Shown here in pieces: positions 47,111 to 56,167 of a DNA stretch of 61,646 nt. A model generated the notes under the pieces. The model did no database searches and had not been told where the DNA came from. It saw only the letters and a list, made by a program, of their open reading frames with translations. Origin of the DNA: Clostridium sp. CAG:138 (GTDB lineage: Bacteria > Bacillota > Clostridia > Christensenellales > CAG-138). The DNA lies in NCBI GenBank assembly GCA_000435055.1, contig FR879692.1, positions 8,107 through 69,752 of the forward strand, written 5' to 3'. Position 1 is the first letter of the stretch, and the number at the start of each line of letters is the position of its first letter. The position numbers were made by a program, and so were the translations under genes.

Positions 47111-47359
47111 CTTGTTCATCCTTTCCTGATTAATTGCTTATCGTTATTGTTTTGCAGCGATTCATTATGCTGCGCGGAAGTTCCGATTCTATTTTAGCAT
47201 TGTTGATCGCTTTTCGGGCAGATGTTTTGATATATATTTTTGAGTTCAGACTCCCATGTTTCAGTCTCAAACTTTTGCAGTGTTTGCGATATTTGCCCGC
47301 TTATGCCCCGATTCAGCTTTTTATCGTCCTGTTCTCTTCACAATGTGCAAGTATGCATA

Positions 47360-47388
47360 TTGAAAAACCCGATTGCATATGGTAGAAT
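47360..47388 (+). promoter_or_regulatory. promoter upstream of the esterase-acyltransferase fusion gene
   Basis: TTGAAA (47360-47365), a 17-nt spacer, then TGgTAGAAT (47380-47388). Confidence 0.5.
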
Positions 47389-47508
47389 AAAGTTGAGGTT
47401 GTGTTTTCAAAATGGTTGCAGCAGCCGAAAGTACGAAGCAGCACAGCCGCGCAAACAAGGCATGACCTTTGTTTAATGATTATTAACGGATAAGTGAATA
47501 CTTAGTTT

Positions 47509-49707
47509 ATGGAACTGTCTCAAAGATTTGTACGCAAGCACCTCGAAAGGATTCATCCTTTCACAAAGGCCTGTTCGCTTGAAGCCACACGGCGCGGACA
47601 GGATCTTCTCGGCAACGTGCTTGCAAAAACAATGCGCACAAATGTTAATATTGTCCCCGTTGATCATCCGAAACTCAGCGGGAATGTTGAACCATGCGCC
47701 TGTTTTGCGATTCCGCACGATGAATTAAAGCGCGGAGTTATCCTCTATCTGCACGGCGGCGGATATACATGCGGTGACCTTGAATATGCAAAGGGCTTCG
47801 GGTCCGTGTTGGCTTCCGAATGCGGTATTCGGGTGCTTTGTCTCGCTTACCGTCTTGCGCCCGAAAATCCGTTTCCTGCTGCATTGGACGATGCGGTGGA
47901 AGCGTATCGCTATCTGCTTTCACTCGGCTACCTCAGCAGCCAGATCGTGCTTGCAGGCGAGAGCGCCGGCGGCGGACTTTGCTTTTCGCTTTGTTTAAAG
48001 CTTCGCCAGTTGGACTTGCCGCTGCCTTGCAGCATCATTGCAATTTCGCCGTGGACAGACCTTACCCAAAGCGGCGAGTCGTTTATATTTAATCACGATG
48101 TTGATCCGAGTCTTTGCAAAGAGACTTTGGACTTCTACTCAAAGTGCTACTCACAAAACCCGACGAACCCGCTTGTTTCGCCGCTTTTCGGAGATGTTTC
48201 CGGGCTTCCTCCGTCCTTAATCTTTGCGGGCAAGGATGAAGTCCTTCTGGATGACTCGCGCCGTATGCACAACAAACTTGTTTCATCCGGCTGCACAAGC
48301 GAACTGGTAGAAGCCGAAGGCATGTGGCACGCCTATGTTCTTTACTGTATCAAGGAACGTGCATGCGACCTTGACCGCATCAATGCCTTTTTAAACCGTT
48401 TCCTTTCCCACGAACGCAAGCTTCGCTGGATGCGGCTGGATAACGCCGCAAAAATCTATCCCGCCGCAAAACGCAGAAAATGGAATAACTTTTTCCGTCT
48501 TTCCGCAACACTCTGCGACGAGGTGGACAAAACAGTCCTTAGGAACGCAATGGATGTCACCATGCGGCGATTCCCGTCCATTGCCGTTCGTCTTTGCAGA
48601 GGCGCATTCTGGTATTATCTTGAAGAACTGTCCTCCGCACCCGAAATCACGGACGAAAAGAGCTGGCCGCTTGCACACACGCCGTTTGAGAGCATCAATG
48701 AATGCGCACTGCGTGTCATCGTCTACAAAAACCGTATTGCAGTTGAATTCTATCATGCATTGACGGACGGCACAGGCGGTATGGTGTTTTTAAAATCACT
48801 GCTTGCCGAATACATCGAACAGAAATACGGGGTTGAAATTCCTAATGAATGCGGCGTGCTGGACAGGCTCACTCAGCCGCAGGAAGAGGAGCTTGAGGAC
48901 AGCTTTTCGAAGAATGCCGGTTCCGTAAGCGTCAGCAGAAATGCGAGCACCGCATTCAAGATTCATTATACGCCGGAAAGGGATGATTTCAGGCACCTTA
49001 CAACGTTCATCTTGGATTCAAACGCAGCTCTTGCCGCGGCAAAAAGCTGCGGGGTGAGCCTTACGGTGTACCTGACAAGCGCAATGCTGCTTGCATTGCA
49101 GCGGATTCAGGATGAGCAAACGCCCGATAAGCGCCGGCAAAAGCCGATTCGCGTCGTTGTTCCGGTGAACCTTCGCCGTTTATTCCCAAGCCGCACGCTT
49201 CGGAACTTTGTGCATGTCATTATGCCGGAGATCGATCCGCGAATGGGCGACTATGAGTTTTCCGAGATTCTGACATCGGTGAAACATCAACTCGGGCTTC
49301 TTGTCACAAAAAAGAACCTTTGTGCAATGTTCACTCCGAACGTCAATGCAGAGCGTTCGCCCCTGCTCCGCGTGATGCCGCTTTTCCTTAAAAACATTGC
49401 AATGAAGCTTGTTTACGACACCGTCGGCGAACGCACAAACTGTCTTAATCTCTCTAATCTCGGGGATATTAAAGTGCCGGATGCAATGCGCCGATATGTA
49501 ACCCGATTTGATTTCATTCTCGGCGTTCAGGCAACCAAGCCCAACAATTGCGGAGTTTTGTCTTACAACGGCAAATTGTATATGAATTTCATTCGCAACA
49601 CTGTTGAACCCGTGCTTGAATTTCAATTCTATCAGGTTTTGCGTGAACTTGGGCTTCACGTCAAAGTTGAAAGCAACGGTGCGGGCAATGTGTTGATTCC
49701 AAACTGA
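47509..49707 (+). CDS. fusion protein: alpha/beta-hydrolase-fold-3 esterase/lipase (N-terminal) plus condensation/WS-DGAT/alcohol-acetyltransferase-like HxxxDG domain (C-terminal)
   Basis: 732 aa. Oxyanion motif LHGGGY and nucleophile GESAGG, with His in GMWHAY. The C-terminal half carries FYHALTDGTGG. Confidence 0.8.
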   Translation: MELSQRFVRKHLERIHPFTKACSLEATRRGQDLLGNVLAKTMRTNVNIVPVDHPKLSGNVEPCACFAIPHDELKRGVILYLHGGGYTCGDLEYAKGFGSVLASECGIRVLCLAYRLAPENPFPAALDDAVEAYRYLLSLGYLSSQIVLAGESAGGGLCFSLCLKLRQLDLPLPCSIIAISPWTDLTQSGESFIFNHDVDPSLCKETLDFYSKCYSQNPTNPLVSPLFGDVSGLPPSLIFAGKDEVLLDDSRRMHNKLVSSGCTSELVEAEGMWHAYVLYCIKERACDLDRINAFLNRFLSHERKLRWMRLDNAAKIYPAAKRRKWNNFFRLSATLCDEVDKTVLRNAMDVTMRRFPSIAVRLCRGAFWYYLEELSSAPEITDEKSWPLAHTPFESINECALRVIVYKNRIAVEFYHALTDGTGGMVFLKSLLAEYIEQKYGVEIPNECGVLDRLTQPQEEELEDSFSKNAGSVSVSRNASTAFKIHYTPERDDFRHLTTFILDSNAALAAAKSCGVSLTVYLTSAMLLALQRIQDEQTPDKRRQKPIRVVVPVNLRRLFPSRTLRNFVHVIMPEIDPRMGDYEFSEILTSVKHQLGLLVTKKNLCAMFTPNVNAERSPLLRVMPLFLKNIAMKLVYDTVGERTNCLNLSNLGDIKVPDAMRRYVTRFDFILGVQATKPNNCGVLSYNGKLYMNFIRNTVEPVLEFQFYQVLRELGLHVKVESNGAGNVLIPN

Positions 49708-49770
49708 AAACGGCAATGCAGCCCGATAGTTTGAAATCAATAATTTACGGATTCAGAAAGGAGACACAAT

Positions 49771-50472
49771 ATGTACTGTATAAAATGCGGAGTTGAGCTT
49801 GCGGACAGCGAAAAAGTCTGCCCGCTTTGCGGAACGAGGGTTTATCACCCCGATATAGAAATTAAAACCACCGAACCTCCATTTCCCGAATACAAGCTCC
49901 ATGAACCCCGCATGAATCTCAGGGGTATTATGTTCATCGTTACCATGATTTTTGCCGCGCTTATCGTTCAGCTTGTTATCTGCAACATCAGCATCAGCAA
50001 TGCCTCGGAATGGTCCGGCTACGCAATCGGTGCAGTGCTGCTGCTTTATGAGCTCGTTGCGCTCCCGCTTTGGTTCAAACGGCCCAACCCCGTTATTTTT
50101 GTTCCCTGCGGTTTTGCTGCCGTGCTTGCTTATCTGCTTTATATCGACCTTGCTGTTCACGGAGGGTGGTTCCTCAAGTTTGCATTCCCCGTTGTCGGTG
50201 CATACGGATTGCTCGTTACGGCGGTTGTAACACTGCTGAAATACGTTCGCCGCGGACATCTTTACATCTTCGGCGGCGCACTTATCGCACACGGAATTTA
50301 CATGACATTTTTGGAAATGATGATAAATATTGCCTTTTCCGAAAAAACAGTGCTTCAGCTCAACTGGTCATACTTCCCCTTGTTCGGATGCTTTATTCTC
50401 GGAATGGGATTAATCATCGTTGCGATAAACAAACCCATGCAGGAATCGCTTAAAAAGAAATTCTTTGTTTAA
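49771..50472 (+). CDS. zinc-ribbon polytopic membrane protein
   Basis: 233 aa. MYCIKCGVEL..CPLCGT followed by about 5 TM helices. RBS AAAGGAG. Confidence 0.7.
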   Translation: MYCIKCGVELADSEKVCPLCGTRVYHPDIEIKTTEPPFPEYKLHEPRMNLRGIMFIVTMIFAALIVQLVICNISISNASEWSGYAIGAVLLLYELVALPLWFKRPNPVIFVPCGFAAVLAYLLYIDLAVHGGWFLKFAFPVVGAYGLLVTAVVTLLKYVRRGHLYIFGGALIAHGIYMTFLEMMINIAFSEKTVLQLNWSYFPLFGCFILGMGLIIVAINKPMQESLKKKFFV

Positions 50473-50650
50473 TTTCCGATTAAGATTGGATTTCAATAAA
50501 TATTTGCAATTTGAAAATGCTTATGCCCGATGTGCATGGGCATTTTCTTTTGCGCATAGCAATGCCGCCTTTTTGGGCATACTAACGGACGGCGGGCAGC
50601 GGCTTGTTTCAAGCCGTTCAACCGCAAAAAAACACACGGAGGACATTATT

Positions 50651-50989
50651 ATGCAGAATCGACAGAACGGCAGTACCGGCAGCAATTCCGGCAGCAGTTT
50701 CGATTCCTTCTTCAACTCAAACCCGTCTCATTCAATGGGTTCGGCGAGTTCCGGGAATCAGTCCGCCTCTTCGGCAAATTGGAACACCGAAGCGGCCTCC
50801 TCAATCGACACAAAGGATCTTTCCATCCTGCAGGATGAAATGTATTCTGAAGCGTTGCTTTTTAAAAAATGCACTGTTTATGCCGGGTATTTTAACGATC
50901 CCGCGCTCAAACGCATGGCAGAAAACGCTGCCGGGCATCACCGCAGGCATTTTGATACGCTTCACGGCTATCTGAACGGCAATAACTGA
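50651..50989 (+). CDS. Coat-F-like (spore coat protein F family) protein with Ser/Asn-rich N-terminus
   Basis: I moved the start to ATG 50651, which has RBS GGAGG. Carries DLSILQDEMYSEALLFKKCTVYAGYFNDPALKRMAENAAGHHRRHFDTL. Confidence 0.55.
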   Translation: MQNRQNGSTGSNSGSSFDSFFNSNPSHSMGSASSGNQSASSANWNTEAASSIDTKDLSILQDEMYSEALLFKKCTVYAGYFNDPALKRMAENAAGHHRRHFDTLHGYLNGNN

Positions 50990-51003
50990 GGAGGGTTACA
51001 GGC

Positions 51004-51294
51004 ATGAACAATCAGAAAACCAACAATGCTTCCATGAGCGAACAGGAACTTCTTACGGACCTTCTCCATTCAGAAAGGGACGCCGTAAAGCAGTATGCAA
51101 GCAACTGCACCGAGTCGGGCTGTGAAAACCTGCGCAGTCTGCTTATCAACTGCATGACCGAATGCTCCGAGGATCAACTCGCCGTGTTCGAACAGATGAA
51201 GCAGCGCAATATGTATAAAACCAAGCCCGCAAAGGTTCAGGAGCTTCAAACCGCAAAGCAGGATATGACCTCGCTTCAGCAGCAAACGTGGTGA
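51004..51294 (+). CDS. spore coat protein F (Coat_F domain) family protein
   Basis: 96 aa. ELLTDLLHSERDAVKQYASNCTESGCENLRSLLINCMTE...MKQRNMY. RBS GAGGAGGG. Confidence 0.75.
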   Translation: MNNQKTNNASMSEQELLTDLLHSERDAVKQYASNCTESGCENLRSLLINCMTECSEDQLAVFEQMKQRNMYKTKPAKVQELQTAKQDMTSLQQQTW

Positions 51295-51416
51295 TGTGCG
51301 GAAAGAGTTGATGCCGCGCAATCGCTTGTTTCGATAATGCGACACCAAATGACAGCGCACTGATATCGCTGCGCTGAAAAAAGCCGCAGCAGGGACTGTT
51401 GTATCAGTTCCCAAAC

Positions 51417-51456
51417 AAAACCGGGCAGCCCGCGAAGGGTTGTCCGGTTCTTTTTC
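51417..51456 (+). terminator. intrinsic terminator after the Coat-F gene pair
   Basis: AACCGGGCA / TGTCCGGTT stem followed by CTTTTT. Confidence 0.6.
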
Positions 51457-51785
51457 GCAGCAAAACATAAAACGGCTGCATGAATTCCCGCTGCACATAT
51501 GTCTTGTATTATATTTGCGGCATGTCAATCAGAATCACTCAAGCATTGAGAATATTTCTCCGTCGGAGTATGTAATGAATAATCTATTTGTTATTTCTTA
51601 ATATCTTTTCATCAGTTCCTTCCGTCCGGTTTTCGGACTTCTTTACGTGCTCATTGCGAATGCTAATGCAAAACGGATCGTTGCATCCAACGACCCGTTT
51701 TGCTTCATTGCGGCGAATATCCGAATTCAGTTTTCGGGTAATTCAATTCCGCTTCATTTTTTCATTGTGTGATTTGATTCGTAAA

Positions 51786-53807
51786 TCAGTTGAGGCCCAT
51801 TGCAATACGCATAATGCCGATTGCATCTGCGATGTTCACAACGCCGTCCTCGTTCACGTCGCCGTGAATGAGCTGAGTTTCGGTCAGTTCAATGAGACCG
51901 AGTGCGTAACGCATTGCGAAAACAGCGTCCGCGGTGTTGGTGTTTCCGTCGCCGTTGATATCGCCGTCATGCTCCTCAACAGGAGGTTCGGGAGTGGGCT
52001 CGGGGGTGGAGGGAGTCGTGCCGGTGAAAGCAACATTATCAACGCAGACACAGTCCTCACCCTGGCTTCCGCCGGAGTCCTTCGTGTATTCCCAAACAAA
52101 GTAGTACACGCCATCCTCGGGAGCGGTGAATGTGTAACGCTGCCAATCGGGCTCGGTAACGCCGGACTTGCGGAGTTCAACCTGCCTGTTGACATAGAAG
52201 TTGAAGAAATCGCGATCTGTCTGGCTGCTGCAGATATAGTCGAATGCCATCGTATCGCCGCTCTGCATCGCTATGGTCAGCATGAGCTGTGACTTGCTGT
52301 TAACAACGCGCTTGTTGCCGGAACGTGCGAAAACCCTTGTTCCGTCATCAACAGCAGTGAAGGGATACTCGGTGGAAGTGCCGAACCAGAGATTTCCGCC
52401 TTCAACGTTGAGTGCTGCCGCAAGTGATTCATCACCGGTAACACTGACGGCGATAACAGCAGTGCCGTAAACACTGCCGTTAACCATGACCGTGCCGGTC
52501 ACGGTTGCGGTGCCGCTGCCGCTGCCGGTAATCTTTACCTTGCGCTTGTTGCCGTCAACAACAGCAACGTTCTCATCGGAAGAAGTCCAGATAATGTCAT
52601 AGAGGTTTGCATCCTCGGGTTCGCGGTTGAACTTGACGGTGACCGTTTCACCGACTGCAATATTTGCCTCGTTCGCGCTGAGGGTATAGCCTTCGAGTGC
52701 AATAGGTTCTTCGGATTCGCCGAAAAGAGTCCAATCGCAGTAAACCGTCTGTGCCTGGTCGGGATTTGCGGGGAAATCATCAACGGGGCTCATGACGATG
52801 GGCCATGCATCACCGTAAGGATCAACGGGACCCCATACGTCAACCATTGTTGCGTATGCTTCGGCAATAGTTCCTTCTTCTTTGATAACATTCCAGAAAG
52901 TTTCTTCGAATTTGTAGTCTCCGACGAAGGTAACGCTCTGAGAATAGCCGTAAACCGCACCGCAGCCTGCACGGAGGAGTGCATAGCCGGTAGTGCCGCG
53001 GCCGCTGAGCTTCATGCCTTCGCAGATAGCCATCCAAACGAACGGATTGTCAAGTGCGCTTGTGATATGGTTCTCGATATATCTGCCGTCAATGAACGCT
53101 TCGTTGCCGGAGCGAACCGCCCAACCGTTTGAATAATCCTCGTTGGTGATACCCTGGTTGGTGGTAAGGCAGAGATAAGAGGAAGTGCCGCTTGCGATGC
53201 CGTGGCTGTCGTAAATGACAGCACCCTTGTCGGGGAATGCAGCAGCGATCGCGGGACCGGTTGCATCATGGCCTGCAAGAATTGTCAGCGTGCCGCCGGT
53301 TGCCTCCGCAATGGAAGTTGCTTCACGGCGATACTGATCGGTGAAGGTGGGGTCATAGCCGCCGTAATAAGGTCCGACGAGCAGAACGTTCGGAGAGGTT
53401 GCGTCACGCATTTCAACGACTTTGCCGTTGGATGCGTTGAAAGTTACGGAACCTTTTTCGGTTACATTTGCTTCAATTTTGTTGCGGAGCCTGTAGTTGT
53501 ATGCACAATGCATTCCGTTGACGGTAAAGAAGAAACCGTCGGCGGTGAAATCGGAAAAGCTGTCTGCATCAACATTTTCGTTGTTGAGAGCAGCGGTGTA
53601 AACGGCGTTGATAACGTCGCTTGCGGGAAGGTTGTCAGCAAGTGCTTCGGCTTCGGCAAGTTCAATTGCCGCCCAAGCATCATCCATGCGCACCGACAAT
53701 GCTGCATCTGCCGAAATGGAGCTGATTTCCTCTGCAAATGCAACGGGAATGATGCTGAGCATCATCAAAGCGGCGAGCACAACGGCCATGATTCTGCGTG
53801 TTTTCAT
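51786..53807 (-). CDS. secreted clan-CD-like cysteine peptidase (gingipain/clostripain-like) with a Big_2 domain, a lectin-like domain and a C-terminal type I dockerin
   Basis: Signal peptide MKTRRIMAVVLAALMMLSIIPVAFA. His/Cys dyad context VIYDSHG and WMAICEG. Big_2-like VAVVDGNKRKVKITGSGSGTATVT. Dockerin duplicated loops DINGDGNTNTAD and DVNEDGVVNIAD. I moved the start to ATG 53807. Confidence 0.8.
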   Translation of the reverse strand: MKTRRIMAVVLAALMMLSIIPVAFAEEISSISADAALSVRMDDAWAAIELAEAEALADNLPASDVINAVYTAALNNENVDADSFSDFTADGFFFTVNGMHCAYNYRLRNKIEANVTEKGSVTFNASNGKVVEMRDATSPNVLLVGPYYGGYDPTFTDQYRREATSIAEATGGTLTILAGHDATGPAIAAAFPDKGAVIYDSHGIASGTSSYLCLTTNQGITNEDYSNGWAVRSGNEAFIDGRYIENHITSALDNPFVWMAICEGMKLSGRGTTGYALLRAGCGAVYGYSQSVTFVGDYKFEETFWNVIKEEGTIAEAYATMVDVWGPVDPYGDAWPIVMSPVDDFPANPDQAQTVYCDWTLFGESEEPIALEGYTLSANEANIAVGETVTVKFNREPEDANLYDIIWTSSDENVAVVDGNKRKVKITGSGSGTATVTGTVMVNGSVYGTAVIAVSVTGDESLAAALNVEGGNLWFGTSTEYPFTAVDDGTRVFARSGNKRVVNSKSQLMLTIAMQSGDTMAFDYICSSQTDRDFFNFYVNRQVELRKSGVTEPDWQRYTFTAPEDGVYYFVWEYTKDSGGSQGEDCVCVDNVAFTGTTPSTPEPTPEPPVEEHDGDINGDGNTNTADAVFAMRYALGLIELTETQLIHGDVNEDGVVNIADAIGIMRIAMGLN

Positions 53808-53994
53808 GTGTTTCGTGTTCTCCTGTATTGTTAGTTTGCACACAGCACCGCTTCATCATTTATTCAATGCAAAAGCAATGCAGTCGTGCAGCGCATTTAT
53901 GCGCCGCCTTATATTTTATAATTTATTTTTCCCGCTGTCAAGAACACTGACGTCATATTAGGATTTATATCATTTTTGCAGCGCTGCCGTTATG

Positions 53995-54026
53995 TAAAAA
54001 GGGTGCAAGTATTACCCGCACCCTCT
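53995..54026 (-). terminator. intrinsic terminator after the CNNM/hemolysin-family gene
   Basis: On the minus strand: GGGTGC-loop-GCACCC followed by TTTTT. Confidence 0.65.
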
Positions 54027-54075
54027 TCTAAAACATTAAAATTTCCTGCCGATTATGCCAATATGCTTAACCCGC

Positions 54076-55470
54076 TTAATCCTTATCGGAATCGGAGTCG
54101 TCACCTTGGGGCTGCTCTTTCAGCCTCACAACAGTTGTTTCGATTCTGTGATCGCGAATTTCGAGAACATCTATGTTCATGATGTCCGTTTCAATGCTGA
54201 AGGTTGTTCCGTCATCGGCAATTCTTCCGAGGGTTGCAAACACATAGCCGCCGAAAGTATCATACTCATCGCACGGGAGCTTGATATTAAGCTGCTCTGC
54301 AACATCCTCAATCAAAGCGCTGCCGCGAATGCGCCAGTTGCCGTCCGGAAGGTGAACAATATCTTCCTCCGTCTCAATGACATCGTCCTCATCGTCAAGA
54401 TCGCCGACAAGCTGCTCAACAAGATCGTTCATCGTGAGAATACCGCTCATTCCGCCGTATTCGTCAAGCACAACCACAAAACCGCGCCTTGAATGCTGCA
54501 TATCACGGAACAAAACGTCCGCTTTTACGGCTTCAGGCACAAAATACGGCGCACGAACCGCATTTTCCATGACGTTTTTACGACTTCTGTCCGCAAGGCG
54601 GAAATAATCCTTTGAATTCAGTATGCCGATAACGTCATCAACGCTTTCACCGCAAACAGGAAACTGAGAATACCTGTGTTCATAAATGGTTTTTTCCCAT
54701 TCTTTATCGTCATCCTCCTCCCAGAGGATTACAATATCGGTTCGATGCGTTGCAATTTCACCCGCGGTAAGATCGTCAAATTCAAATACATTTTGAATTA
54801 TTTCCTGTTCGCTGCGGTCGATTGTGCCCTTTTCTCCGCCGGCATCGACCATCATGCGGATTTCTTCTTCCGTGACCTCTTCATCGTCGCCGTTCGGATC
54901 GATATGCATAAGCCGCAGGACTCCGTTTGTTGAAACCGTAAGCAGCCAGACAAGCGGAGCAAAAATCGTTGAGACAAAATTCAGCAGTCCGCTGATGCTC
55001 AGCGCAAGGCTTTCGGACTTTTTCATTGCAACGCGTTTCGGCACAAGTTCACCGAAAACAAGGGTGACGTACGAAAGCAGGATCGTGATAACGATGATGC
55101 AGAGTGATTCCGGTATGTTCGGAATAAGCTGCTTAATGTATTGAGCAAAGTTTTCCGCTGCAAATGCACTTGCAAGGAAACCGGCAAGGGTTATTGCAAC
55201 CTGTATTGTTGCAAGGAAGCGCGCCGGCTGCTTCGTCAGCTTCGCAAGGCGTTTTGCGCGTTTGTTGCCGCTTTCGGCAAGGCTTGCAAGCTTTGCATCG
55301 CTCACGGAAAGCACGGCGATTTCAGCACACGCAAAAACTGCGTTCAATGCAATGAGTACAATTTGCAATACAATTTGCCAAATAATGGTTCCGGCATTAT
55401 TGCTTGCCGCGGCGGTAAGTGCGTCTTGTGCGTGGAAAAATCCACGTATAAGCGGGTCGATGTCTGTCAT
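54076..55470 (-). CDS. CNNM/HlyC-CorC-family transporter-associated protein (DUF21, CBS pair, CorC_HlyC)
   Basis: N-terminal 4 TM, central CBS-pair region, and a C-terminal CorC_HlyC-like segment DGNWRIRGSALIEDV. The track start at 55500 is a TTG codon. ATG 55470 (MTDIDPL) is preferred. Confidence 0.85.
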   Translation of the reverse strand: MTDIDPLIRGFFHAQDALTAAASNNAGTIIWQIVLQIVLIALNAVFACAEIAVLSVSDAKLASLAESGNKRAKRLAKLTKQPARFLATIQVAITLAGFLASAFAAENFAQYIKQLIPNIPESLCIIVITILLSYVTLVFGELVPKRVAMKKSESLALSISGLLNFVSTIFAPLVWLLTVSTNGVLRLMHIDPNGDDEEVTEEEIRMMVDAGGEKGTIDRSEQEIIQNVFEFDDLTAGEIATHRTDIVILWEEDDDKEWEKTIYEHRYSQFPVCGESVDDVIGILNSKDYFRLADRSRKNVMENAVRAPYFVPEAVKADVLFRDMQHSRRGFVVVLDEYGGMSGILTMNDLVEQLVGDLDDEDDVIETEEDIVHLPDGNWRIRGSALIEDVAEQLNIKLPCDEYDTFGGYVFATLGRIADDGTTFSIETDIMNIDVLEIRDHRIETTVVRLKEQPQGDDSDSDKD

Positions 55471-55858
55471 AGTCAGATATCCTTTCAAGATTCCTTTCAA
55501 ATTCGATTTTTCCGGCAGTTTCGCCGCAGGAAGAATTGTGTGCGGAAAGCGCGAACACTATTTGAATGTAACAAAAAACATAGCCAAACAAACTGCGTTC
55601 GTTCGGTTATGCCCGTTCGTTCCGTATTCGGTTATGCTGACGCTTTCGGTCGCTGCTGTCGCAACTGTCCACAAAAAACCTCTCTGCAACTTTACTGCTT
55701 CTGACATTATACACAGCTCCGGCCGTGTTGTCAACACCCTTTGCATAAATGTCATGTTGTTCGAAACTCTTTTGTGAATATATATTGTTTTTCATTGAAA
55801 AAAAGCACACCTTATGGTAAAATGCGATTGAAAAAGACAGTTAACGGAGGAAACCTGT

Positions 55859-56083
55859 ATGCGGCGCGCGCTGAGCATAATCGCTCTTGTTTTAACAGGA
55901 GCGGCGTTCATTCTTTTGTGCCTTATTTGGGTGCTGCGAATCAATGCAATTATACCTGTTCTGATGTTTGCGGCAGCAATCATCCTGCTTGGGATATGCA
56001 AAAAAATGCCTGTCAAACCTCAAACCGGCATTGACAAATCACAAATCAGCAATGATGCTTTTTTTGATGAAGACAGCAAGTAG
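55859..56083 (+). CDS. small 2-TM membrane protein
   Basis: 74 aa. RBS GGAGGAAAC 5 nt upstream. Two clear hydrophobic helices. Confidence 0.45.
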   Translation: MRRALSIIALVLTGAAFILLCLIWVLRINAIIPVLMFAAAIILLGICKKMPVKPQTGIDKSQISNDAFFDEDSK

Positions 56084-56167
56084 GTGCGTTCACCCCGCCG
56101 TCGTCCGCCGCACGGCGAATGATGCACAGTAAATTAAAGCGAAATCAAAGAACCAAAGACTGATACC

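Noticed and set aside
46163-47197. 344-aa plus-strand ORF. Similar long antisense ORFs occur at 38824-39672, 20834-21661, 35745-36482, 16318-16983, 58560-59252 and 60855-61478.
   Set aside because: Each lies fully inside, and antisense to, a gene with clear family motifs (AKR, ldh, kinase-NUDIX, hdrA, acyl-CoA ligase, M42 peptidase, lyase). Their translations are skewed in composition and lack motifs.
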